Source: Bacillota bacterium (GTDB taxonomy: Bacteria > Bacillota > Clostridia > Christensenellales > UBA1242). Taken from it: 64,000 bases of DNA. Below the pieces are notes generated by a model. The model searched no databases. It saw only the letters and a list, made by a program, of their open reading frames with translations, and was not told where the DNA came from. Numbering within the stretch: the first letter of the stretch is position 1; each line of letters begins with the position of its first letter. The position numbers and the translations under genes are program-made. Location of the stretch: NCBI GenBank assembly GCA_009780065.1, contig WRAS01000001.1:34521-98520 (forward strand). The letters are read 5' to 3'. Shown in pieces: positions 38,686 to 46,884 of the stretch.

Positions 38686-39426
38686 ATGGTAACAAATGTT
38701 AATAATGAAGCAACCAATGGCTCACGCTTTGTGGGCGCGTATAACTTGATTGATCACACGTTAAGGAATCAATATAATTTTCGAACCAATATTTCTTTTA
38801 CCGATCTTATACGACGCTGCTCATCTTTGAACACGGTTATCCGTGTTTACGAGGCCGAGTTAATTGACTTTGCCCGTTTGCGTAATGCAATTATACATTC
38901 AAAGTCCGAGGCACTTATCGCCGAACCAAATATAGAGGTTGTCGAGATGTTGGAAAAGATTTCGCGATTGATTTCCACACCGCCGCTTGCGATAGAAGCC
39001 ATTAAAAGCGGGGAAGTGGACATTGCATATGCAAACATTACCATGAGTGATTTGATTTTGGAAATTTCCCGTGTGAGGCACAGCAGTATTCCAATTTACA
39101 AAGGCGAGACATTGATTGGTGTTATTAGATGGAGAAAGTTTATCGAGGTTCTGGGTGGGCATATTATTAACAACCAAAAGAGTGTGGATGAATTTATTCA
39201 CAATACGACCGCGGAAGAGTTCCTGATGACATACCCGTCTAACAGTCATTATACAATTGCAGACAGCAAAATTACAATTGAACAAGCGCTTAGTTTCTTT
39301 AATAACAACCGTAAACTGGCGTGCATTATTATTACAAAGGATGGAACACCGACATGTCGACCTATGGGAATTATTACAGGTGGCGACATAATGGATCTTA
39401 TGAAAGTAATAGAAGAATTTGGTTAG
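38686..39426 (+). CDS. HEPN (Swt1-like, RNxxxH) domain fused to a CBS pair
   Basis: N-terminal helical domain with DFARLRNAIIH (RNAIIH at 38881-38898). C-terminal half has two CBS-like units (ITMSDLILEI...IPIYKGETLIGVI and KITIEQALSFF...ACIIITKDGTPTCRPMGIITGGDIM). Confidence 0.7.
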   Translation: MVTNVNNEATNGSRFVGAYNLIDHTLRNQYNFRTNISFTDLIRRCSSLNTVIRVYEAELIDFARLRNAIIHSKSEALIAEPNIEVVEMLEKISRLISTPPLAIEAIKSGEVDIAYANITMSDLILEISRVRHSSIPIYKGETLIGVIRWRKFIEVLGGHIINNQKSVDEFIHNTTAEEFLMTYPSNSHYTIADSKITIEQALSFFNNNRKLACIIITKDGTPTCRPMGIITGGDIMDLMKVIEEFG

Positions 39427-39435
39427 GAGATATAC

Positions 39436-42400
39436 ATGAAAAACTTTAATTTTATAGACAATGAACGCAGGGTTCTAGATTTTTGGAATTCAATAAATGT
39501 GTTTGAAAAAATGGTGGACAAGAACAAGGATTCGAAAAAACGGTTCAAGTTTTTGGATGGTCCGATTACCGCAAACGGCAGTATGTGTATGCATCACGTA
39601 TGGGGTAGAACATTAAAAGACGTTCATCAAAAGTATCACACGCTAAAGGGTTATTCGACCCAGTTCCAAAATGGTTTTGATGCCCAAGGTATGTGGGTCG
39701 AGGTCGAGGTTGAAAAGTTACTTGGACTAAAATCCAAAAAAGATATCCAAGACTACGGTATGGACAAGTTCACAGAAAAATGTATGGAACGTGTTGAACA
39801 CTTTGCAGATATGCAAACTCGTCAGAGTATTCGCTTGGGGCAGATAATGGATTGGGACAACAGTTATTATACAAACAGCGATCATAACATAACGTCAATA
39901 TGGCACTTTTTAAAAGTGTGTCACGAACGCAACATGATAATAAAGAGTTACAAGGCAATGCCATGGTGTCCACGTTGCGGAACCAGTCTAAGCGAACACG
40001 AAATGAACGGCAGTTACAAAGAGGTTACGCACAGGGCGGTGTTTTCCAAATTGCCAATCGTGGGGAAGAACGAAAAGATTCTTATATGGACAACCACGCC
40101 ATGGACGTTGTCTGCCAACGTTGCGGTTGCCATAAATCCAAATGACATGTATTTAAAGGTTCGCGTTAAAAGTGACAAGGATTTGATTATTGTTGGTAAA
40201 GACGCATTAAAGAAACTTGGTGAAGATAAAATCGAGGTTGTTGCGGAAATAAAGGGAAGTGAACTGGTGGGGCTTTCGTATGAAAAGCCATTGGTGTTCA
40301 AAAACGTTAACAAAGGGGATGGGACAATAATTCCGTGGGATGATGTATCTGCGTCCGAGGGGTCTGGCGCGGTTCACATCGCACCAGGTTGCGGGGCAGA
40401 GGACTTTGAATTATCCAAGATACATAATCTTACGCCAATTATCCCGGTTAACGAAGCGGGGATCTTCACCGATGAATTTGATTACCTTGGTGGTTTAACA
40501 ACCGAACAGGCACAAGACGTGGTTTTTGATAAACTGACCCAAGATAACAAAATGTATTTTACACATCCATATTCGCACTCGTACCCGTTTTGTTGGCGTT
40601 GTAAAACTGACGTTGTGTTCAGACTGGTGGATGGGTGGGATATCGCAACAAAGGATATAAAGCCAGAAATATTCGCGGCAATAGACACTGTGGAATGGAA
40701 ACCACCATACTTGAAAAAAATGATGACGGATTGGATTACCAATATGGGGGACTGGAATATTTCGCGTCGTCGTTTTTATGGTTTACCATTGCCATTTTAT
40801 CCATGCGCCAAGTGTGGACATCTTCACGTTGTAGGTGGTTTGGATGAATTGGAAAAACTTGCAATTAACCCACAAGACGTTAAGAAGATCCCTCATTTAC
40901 ACCGACCATATATAGACGAAATTAGAATCAAGTGCGCAAAGTGTTCGGCGCATGTTGCCCGTGTGCCGGATGTTGGGGATTGTTGGTTGGATGCGGGGAT
41001 TGCTCCATTTGCAACAAAAAAATATTTCACCGACCGAAAGTATTGGGAGGAAAATTTCCCATCAGACATGGTAACCGAGATGAAAGAACAGATCCGTCTA
41101 TGGTTCTATGCCCAATTATTTATGAGTGTGGTATTAACAGGAAAGTCTCCATTCAAAACCTTGGTTGGATATAATACGATGTTGGATGAAGACGGTAAAA
41201 AGTTTTCAAAGACCGGTCCCAAAAACATACCTTTTGACGTGGCGGTGGAAACTTGGGGTGCGGATGCAATGCGTTATGTGTTTGCCTCTGCCAACCCGAC
41301 ACTGGACATGCGTTTTGGTCCAAGTATGATTGACGAAGCCAAGCGTAAATTGATGGCATTTTTAAACTCGGTATCTTTTTATAAAACATACGCAGACATT
41401 GATAAACCAAAGCCTTCTAAACATGTACCAAAAGATCTGGATGTAACCGACATATGGCTTGTTGAAACCATGAATGATTTTATCAAGGATGTTGACGTAG
41501 AGTATTCGAATTACGCAATTAACAAGGTGGTTGTGTTGGTAGAAAAATTTGTGGAGGATCTTTCAAACTTTTACATACGAACAAACCGCCGAAGATTTTG
41601 GAAAGGCGAGCGTGGGCAAGACAAGAACAATGCGTATTGGGCACTGTATAGCGCTATTCGCGCAATAACCATTGCTATGGCACCTTTAACGCCTTTCATG
41701 TCGGAACATATTTGGCAAGAATTATTTGCAAAAGAGGAAGGCGTTCAAAGCGTCCTTGTCACAAACTTTCCAACCCCAATTAAATTGGAAAAGTCTATAA
41801 AAGGCATAACCGACAAAGTCGAATTTATCAAAAATGTCACGACGCTTGCACATAGTCTGCGTGCGAAAGAAGGTATCAAGGTTCGTCAACCGCTTGAAGT
41901 TCTGTATATAAAATCAACCGACAAAGATGCCTTGAAATTGTTCGATGAATATTTACGTGACGAATTGAATGTTAAAAAAGTTGAACTGGTAAAGGATGAT
42001 TCCACATTCAATACGCCGTATCTTACGGTCAACTTTAAAAAAGCGGGGGCAGTACTTGGCGGAGATGTACAAAAATTAAAAGCCGCATTGGAATCTTTAG
42101 ATGACAAACAGATGGCAAAAGCGGTTTCTGAATTTACAAAAGGCAAAGTCAAAGTGGGGGCGTTCAAGGATTTATCCGCGGAACTGTTTGAAAAGAAATC
42201 AAAGCCGAAACCAGAATACGTCGCACAAACCGAGGGAGAATTAACTGTTGTGTTGGATACAACATTAAGTGACGAATTGGTGGCAGAGGGCAAATTGCGT
42301 GAATTAATCCGTGCAATCCAGGTCGCACGTCAAGACGCAGATTTGGACATAACCGCACGGATTGAATTGGGTCTGTTAACAAAGGATAAGGGCTTGCAGG

Positions 42401-42537
42401 CAATAATTGAAAAACACACAACCAAAATCATGGACGAGGTTCTTGCAAAGAAATTAACAGACAAAGTCTCTGGTGGCAAAACCGCAACCACAGATATCGA
42501 CGGAGCAGAGGTGAAAATCAGTTTCCATGTTGTGTAA
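39436..42537 (+). CDS. ileS: Isoleucine--tRNA ligase, long (type 2-like) form
   Basis: GPITANGSMCMHHVWGRT (HIGH-region variant), WNISRRRFYGLPLP, KFSKTG (KMSKS), Cys knuckles CPRCGT, CWRCKT, CAKCGH, CAKCSA. 1033 aa. AGGAG Shine-Dalgarno. IleRS rather than ValRS or LeuRS was judged by motif flavour only. Confidence 0.8.
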   Translation: MKNFNFIDNERRVLDFWNSINVFEKMVDKNKDSKKRFKFLDGPITANGSMCMHHVWGRTLKDVHQKYHTLKGYSTQFQNGFDAQGMWVEVEVEKLLGLKSKKDIQDYGMDKFTEKCMERVEHFADMQTRQSIRLGQIMDWDNSYYTNSDHNITSIWHFLKVCHERNMIIKSYKAMPWCPRCGTSLSEHEMNGSYKEVTHRAVFSKLPIVGKNEKILIWTTTPWTLSANVAVAINPNDMYLKVRVKSDKDLIIVGKDALKKLGEDKIEVVAEIKGSELVGLSYEKPLVFKNVNKGDGTIIPWDDVSASEGSGAVHIAPGCGAEDFELSKIHNLTPIIPVNEAGIFTDEFDYLGGLTTEQAQDVVFDKLTQDNKMYFTHPYSHSYPFCWRCKTDVVFRLVDGWDIATKDIKPEIFAAIDTVEWKPPYLKKMMTDWITNMGDWNISRRRFYGLPLPFYPCAKCGHLHVVGGLDELEKLAINPQDVKKIPHLHRPYIDEIRIKCAKCSAHVARVPDVGDCWLDAGIAPFATKKYFTDRKYWEENFPSDMVTEMKEQIRLWFYAQLFMSVVLTGKSPFKTLVGYNTMLDEDGKKFSKTGPKNIPFDVAVETWGADAMRYVFASANPTLDMRFGPSMIDEAKRKLMAFLNSVSFYKTYADIDKPKPSKHVPKDLDVTDIWLVETMNDFIKDVDVEYSNYAINKVVVLVEKFVEDLSNFYIRTNRRRFWKGERGQDKNNAYWALYSAIRAITIAMAPLTPFMSEHIWQELFAKEEGVQSVLVTNFPTPIKLEKSIKGITDKVEFIKNVTTLAHSLRAKEGIKVRQPLEVLYIKSTDKDALKLFDEYLRDELNVKKVELVKDDSTFNTPYLTVNFKKAGAVLGGDVQKLKAALESLDDKQMAKAVSEFTKGKVKVGAFKDLSAELFEKKSKPKPEYVAQTEGELTVVLDTTLSDELVAEGKLRELIRAIQVARQDADLDITARIELGLLTKDKGLQAIIEKHTTKIMDEVLAKKLTDKVSGGKTATTDIDGAEVKISFHVV

Positions 42538-42542
42538 AAGAA

Positions 42543-43220
42543 TTAACCGTAATATCGTGAATCGCCTTTGTCTAGATCATCAAGAATTGCGTAAACACCT
42601 CTTGATTTTCTTTTTGCAACGATATCATCAAATCCGGCTTTTTCTTTGAATTCGGTCAATTCCTTTAATAAAGACGCGTCACTTGTTGCGGCGGCAATTT
42701 TTTCCAGTTCGCGAATTGTGGATATCATTTGGGCTTCATTTATCTTACCTTCAAGACATTCTCGATATGAACGTCTGGTTCCAAGTTCTTCCCGCGAAGT
42801 TTTTTTGATATCAAATGGTTTCCACATTTTTGTAAACAAATCTGGACGCATTTTTATCATGGTCGTGGGTTCGTAAACCCATTCATCGTCGCTTTCGTAC
42901 CAGCCATGACCTGCCAATTGTGTACCATGAAATAATTCCAATCCGCGGACTTTACCTCTGGCAAGGTCACCCTTATCACTTGCCAATGAAATTGCCTCGC
43001 TTCTTTCTTTGCACATGCCTTGTCCAGGTTTATTTGGGTAAATAATATAAGGTTTGTAATATTTTACATACATGTCTGCAGGCACACCTGCGTAGGTTTT
43101 TCCTTTGAGTCGATCATATAACTCGTCGCCAAAGAATTCGGCATCCCCATTATAAAGACCTCGTACCGTGCGAATTCCTGCTTGCCCCATATATGCTAAC
43201 TGTTGTAGTTTTCTTATCAT
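42543..43220 (-). CDS. Hypothetical protein (225 aa), possible papain/transglutaminase-like Cys-His fold
   Basis: GQGMCKERSEAISLA ... LFHGTQLAGHGWYESDDEWVYEPT resembles the Cys...His-x-W...D/E arrangement of transglutaminase-like peptidases. Helical C-terminal tail. Confidence 0.6.
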   Translation of the reverse strand: MIRKLQQLAYMGQAGIRTVRGLYNGDAEFFGDELYDRLKGKTYAGVPADMYVKYYKPYIIYPNKPGQGMCKERSEAISLASDKGDLARGKVRGLELFHGTQLAGHGWYESDDEWVYEPTTMIKMRPDLFTKMWKPFDIKKTSREELGTRRSYRECLEGKINEAQMISTIRELEKIAAATSDASLLKELTEFKEKAGFDDIVAKRKSRGVYAILDDLDKGDSRYYG

Positions 43221-43225
43221 TTAAA

Positions 43226-43254
43226 AGTATAATATAATTTTGATCAATCTTCAA
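43226..43254 (-). promoter_or_regulatory. Promoter TTGAAG-17-TATACT 5 nt before ATG 43220
   Basis: Minus strand: TTGAAG 43254-43249, TATACT 43231-43226. Confidence 0.55.
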
Positions 43255-43830
43255 TAGGGGAGTATGAATACAAAACTTCGTCATTGATAATAGGGCAGAC
43301 TATACGCGAAAATGTTTCGCCATCAACAACATATAATATCCCATTGTTGATATTTCTAGTTGTTATCAGTGGTTTCATTTTCAAAAATCTTGTTGCCATT
43401 ATTATGCCTTTTTGTGTTGAACATTCTGTTAATACCTCGGCAATATTCATCCCATTTTCTATTACAATTTTCATGTGCAATCGATATTTATCAAAAAGTC
43501 TCTTTGTATTCGCAATGTTTTGGTGCGGTATAGCAATAACAATGGCGGGGATAAAAAGACATGCGGGATTTGTTGAAAAATATATGTCCTTGGTTCTTAT
43601 ATCTTCTTCTATGGCATCTTCATTTTTTAATCTATTATACATTTCATGTTTCAGTGGTAGCGTGGCCACATAACCAATTACTTTGCCATTATCTTTGATA
43701 ACACAAATATTTGGGGAAATTTCTTATATTGTTCGTAACAGATTTCTGCTGGTGTTACATGATTAAATCCAATGTTGCGGTCGATACGTTCCATTTCTTT
43801 GAAATCATCAAAAGTTAATGCATCCTCCAA
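43244..43830 (-). pseudogene. GNAT-like acetyltransferase interrupted by one frameshift
   Basis: The N-terminal 57 codons from TTG 43830 (LEDALTFDDFKEMERIDRNIGFNHVTPAEICYEQYKKFPQIF...) stop at TAA. The frame offset by 1 nt continues EISPNICVIKDNGKVIGYVATLPL into ORF 43244-43669. Removing one G from the G4 run at 43713-43716 gives one continuous ORF. Confidence 0.55.
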
Positions 43831-43839
43831 AATTCTCTC

Positions 43840-44502
43840 CTAATGGCAATAAACTTTCAAAGCAACATCAATAACTTGATCCAGTTCACCGTCCTTGTCG
43901 AAATAATGGTCTGCGCCCTTAATTTCATATAGATTGCTGTTGTTAAGTTTTGCAAATGCAAGGATATTATCATTACTGACAGTGATGTCATGTTCGGCAT
44001 ATAAAATGTCCATTTTTTCAAAATTCTGTGCATTTGCCATTACATCAAATCTTCTAATACTTTTGATGAATTCGGGGCTTATAAAGATATTATTGTGGAC
44101 TTTGTTCTGAATGCTTTTGAAATGTTCGTATGCCACTATGGCGGGTACAAGTAAAAATATTTTATCGTATGAATTTTTATCACCCATCATATATGAAAGG
44201 GTGGTGTATGCGCCGAAACTGGAACCATAAAAGCTAATTGGCTTATTAAATTGGCGTAAATAATTCTCGGTTGCTTTAATATCCGCGATGCAATTTTCAA
44301 TTGTAAGTTCTTTTTTATTTTCACCATGTGCGGGCAGATCAATTGCCACGGCGCCGATGTTTCTTTTTTGTAATTCATTCATTAAGCGGGTGATTTTGCT
44401 GCCGTGCTTGTTTGTGCTAAATCCATGGATGCAAATAACAAATTTTTCCATGAATGGTGCGTGTTCGTCTATGAAATTTTTAATGTGGGGAACTGTGTTC
44501 AT
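43840..44502 (-). CDS. Alpha/beta-fold hydrolase (220 aa)
   Basis: ICIHGF oxyanion region, nucleophile elbow GSSFG, C-terminal GADHYF. Confidence 0.8.
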   Translation of the reverse strand: MNTVPHIKNFIDEHAPFMEKFVICIHGFSTNKHGSKITRLMNELQKRNIGAVAIDLPAHGENKKELTIENCIADIKATENYLRQFNKPISFYGSSFGAYTTLSYMMGDKNSYDKIFLLVPAIVAYEHFKSIQNKVHNNIFISPEFIKSIRRFDVMANAQNFEKMDILYAEHDITVSNDNILAFAKLNNSNLYEIKGADHYFDKDGELDQVIDVALKVYCH

Positions 44503-44759
44503 TGTGACCTCTCTTTTCTATAATTCAATTCGACAGTGACAGCATTTGCCCTATCCATCGTAAGTTTTGCTTTTCTTTTTGTTTCCAATGCTTCTTTTGG
44601 GGATAAATCTGTTTGAATTGAATGTTTACCGTGCCCATCAATGTGTAGATAAAACTTTGATTGGCATTGGGTGCTGGCGTTAATTAATAAATCTCGTTGA
44701 ACTATAAGCTCGTCATCGTTTGAGTTTCTAATTGTCTTTAATCCTGAAAACCTTCCCAT
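44499..44759 (-). CDS. Hypothetical protein (86 aa), translationally coupled to the hydrolase (ATGA overlap)
   Basis: ORF with a 4-nt overlap onto the downstream gene. No motif. Confidence 0.45.
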   Translation of the reverse strand: MGRFSGLKTIRNSNDDELIVQRDLLINASTQCQSKFYLHIDGHGKHSIQTDLSPKEALETKRKAKLTMDRANAVTVELNYRKERSQ

Positions 44760-44788
44760 GTTGAAATTGTATCATGTAATAACTATGT

Positions 44789-44817
44789 TTGCAAATTAAG
44801 AAACACAGTGCTATTAT
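44789..44817 (+). promoter_or_regulatory. Promoter TTGCAA-17-TATTAT (TGc-extended) 6 nt before ATG 44824
   Basis: TTGCAA 44789-44794, TATTAT 44812-44817. Confidence 0.6.
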
Positions 44818-44823
44818 ATCTAC

Positions 44824-45702
44824 ATGAGATATTCAAGTGATTGGCAAGACTTTCAGGTGGTTGCATCCGGTGGGGGAGAGAAGCTGGAAAAGTGGGGAAA
44901 TTTTTATTTGTTGCGCCCAGACCCACAAGCCATTTGGGCACCCAAGTTTGATTTTTCCACGTTCCGCATGCTGCACGGAAAATATATTCGCAGTCAAAGT
45001 GGTGGAGGTAATTGGGAGTTCCGAAAAACCCTGCCAGACGAATGGCTGGTTGGATATAAAAATTTAAAATTTATAATCAGTCCCACCAGCTTCAAACACA
45101 CAGGTTTGTTCCCCGAGCAAGCGGTGAATTGGGACAAAGTTACGGATGTTATAAAAGAGCGGATTAAAAATGGCGAGGCACCGCGCGTGTTGAATCTTTT
45201 TGGATATACGGGCGGGGCAACGGTGGCGGCCGCAATGGCGGGTGCAACAGTCACACATGTGGATGCGTCTAAGGGGATGATGGATGTATGTCGACGTAAT
45301 GTGGAATTAAACAATATCCCGCATGACAGGGTCAGGTATATCGTAGATGATTGTACAAAATTTGTTGCGCGTGAAATTCGCCGCGAAAAACAATATGATG
45401 CAATTATAATGGATCCGCCAAGTTTCGGACGTGGCGCAAATGGCGAGGTCTGGAAGATAGAGCAGCATCTGGATCCGCTTGTGGAATTGTGCTGTCAGGT
45501 GTTGTCTGATAAACCCCTGTTTTTCCTTGTGAACAGTTACACCACAGGTCTGCAACCTACCGTAATTAAAAATATATTGAAAAGAAATTTGGATAAAATT
45601 GTCCGGAAAAAGTGCACGATTGACTCATACGAAATTGGTGTACCAACGTTGGAGGAAATAATATTGCCAGCAGGGTGCAGTGCATTTACCGAATTTAAAT
45701 AA
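44824..45702 (+). CDS. Class I SAM-dependent methyltransferase, RlmI/RlmK-like catalytic domain without PUA
   Basis: Motif I NLFGYTGGATVAAA, motif IV IIMDPPSFG. Confidence 0.8.
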   Translation: MRYSSDWQDFQVVASGGGEKLEKWGNFYLLRPDPQAIWAPKFDFSTFRMLHGKYIRSQSGGGNWEFRKTLPDEWLVGYKNLKFIISPTSFKHTGLFPEQAVNWDKVTDVIKERIKNGEAPRVLNLFGYTGGATVAAAMAGATVTHVDASKGMMDVCRRNVELNNIPHDRVRYIVDDCTKFVAREIRREKQYDAIIMDPPSFGRGANGEVWKIEQHLDPLVELCCQVLSDKPLFFLVNSYTTGLQPTVIKNILKRNLDKIVRKKCTIDSYEIGVPTLEEIILPAGCSAFTEFK

Positions 45703-45770
45703 AGAAATGCGTCACATAGTACCATATTTGGGATACTATGTGACGCATATACACTATAAGGAGGTATAAA

Positions 45771-46106
45771 ATGAACTGTATATTTTGTTCGAACATGGTA
45801 CGTGAAAACGCAATTATGGAAAATGAATTGGCGTTTGTTATACATGACAAATATCCACAGACCAAGGGACACGTACTGGTGATACCCAAACGATGTTCAG
45901 ATAACTTTTTTCAAACCACGGGGGAGGAACGTGTTGCAATGTCAGAACTATTACACAAGGCAAAAAAATATCTAGACGAAAAATATTCTCCAACAGGGTA
46001 TAACATTTTGGTCAACACAGGCAAAGACGCAGGGCAGGTTGTCTTCCACACACATATGCATCTTATCCCGCGTTACGAAGCGGATGGCAAGAAAGTATTT
46101 TGTTGA
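45771..46106 (+). CDS. HIT (histidine triad) family protein
   Basis: CIFC zinc-like motif, HVLVIPK, HTHMH triad (46047-46061). AAGGAGG Shine-Dalgarno. Confidence 0.9.
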   Translation: MNCIFCSNMVRENAIMENELAFVIHDKYPQTKGHVLVIPKRCSDNFFQTTGEERVAMSELLHKAKKYLDEKYSPTGYNILVNTGKDAGQVVFHTHMHLIPRYEADGKKVFC

Positions 46107-46133
46107 TGCTGCGTAATAAACTATACTGGTGTT

Positions 46134-46835
46134 ATGAGTTCTGAACTTTCAATTATTCACGAAGACAATCATATAATCGTTGTGATTAAACCACAAAATC
46201 TTCCCAGTTGCCCAGACGCAAGTGGTGATATGGATTTGCTGACCCAAATAAAGGAATACCGTAAAATTAACGAGAAGAAAGAGGGTGAGGCATTCGTCGG
46301 TCTTGTACACCGTTTGGATCGTGTAACAGGCGGGGTAATGGTTTATGCAAAGACGTCCAAGGCCGCGTCAAGGTTGGCAGAACAATTACAAGGCGGCGAG
46401 TTTCAAAAAAAATACCTTGCCATAGTTGTTGGTACACCAAAAGAACGCAGTGGTAAATTGGAACATCATTTGTTGAAAAATGAAAAACTGAACAAGGTCG
46501 AGGTCGTGGGTGCGGCAACGACAGGTGCAAAGCGGGCGGAATTGGACTACAATGTTGTGTCCATAGGTAAACAAGTTTCATTGGTTGAAATAAATCTGAT
46601 AACAGGCCGTAGTCACCAAGCCCGCGTTCAAATGGCGCAAATCGGCACACCAATATTCGGCGACGTTAAATATGGAAAGGGCGGTAAAGGCAATCTTGCA
46701 TTATGGGCACATGAACTTTGTTTAAATCACCCCACAACGGGCGAGCGGTTAAAGTTCATCGTCAACCCACCTGAGGAATTGCCATGGACACTGTTTGATT
46801 TCTCGCGCAAGGGGCACAAGTACAAAGATGCATAG
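46134..46835 (+). CDS. RluA-family pseudouridine synthase (no S4 domain)
   Basis: Catalytic HRLDRVTGGVMVYAK, TGRSHQARVQ. A TATACT -10 (46122-46127) lies 6 nt before the ATG. Confidence 0.9.
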   Translation: MSSELSIIHEDNHIIVVIKPQNLPSCPDASGDMDLLTQIKEYRKINEKKEGEAFVGLVHRLDRVTGGVMVYAKTSKAASRLAEQLQGGEFQKKYLAIVVGTPKERSGKLEHHLLKNEKLNKVEVVGAATTGAKRAELDYNVVSIGKQVSLVEINLITGRSHQARVQMAQIGTPIFGDVKYGKGGKGNLALWAHELCLNHPTTGERLKFIVNPPEELPWTLFDFSRKGHKYKDA

Positions 46836-46850
46836 GCAAGATAATTTCCC

Positions 46851-46879
46851 TTGTCTAAATAATTTAAGTAATTTATAAT
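46851..46879 (+). promoter_or_regulatory. Promoter TTGTCT-17-TATAAT 5 nt before the lon ATG
   Basis: TTGTCT 46851-46856, TATAAT 46874-46879, ATG 46885. Confidence 0.6.
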
Positions 46880-46884
46880 TTTTT

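Noticed and set aside
39427-39435. Expected T-box or other leader upstream of ileS
   Set aside because: Only 9 nt separate ileS from the upstream stop codon, leaving no room for a riboswitch or leader.
39570-39610. Non-canonical HIGH region (CMHH instead of HIGH) in IleRS as a sign of an inactive paralogue
   Set aside because: As far as I recall, HH-containing variants of this motif followed by WGR are normal for this long IleRS subclass. The KMSKS-type loop and zinc knuckles are intact.
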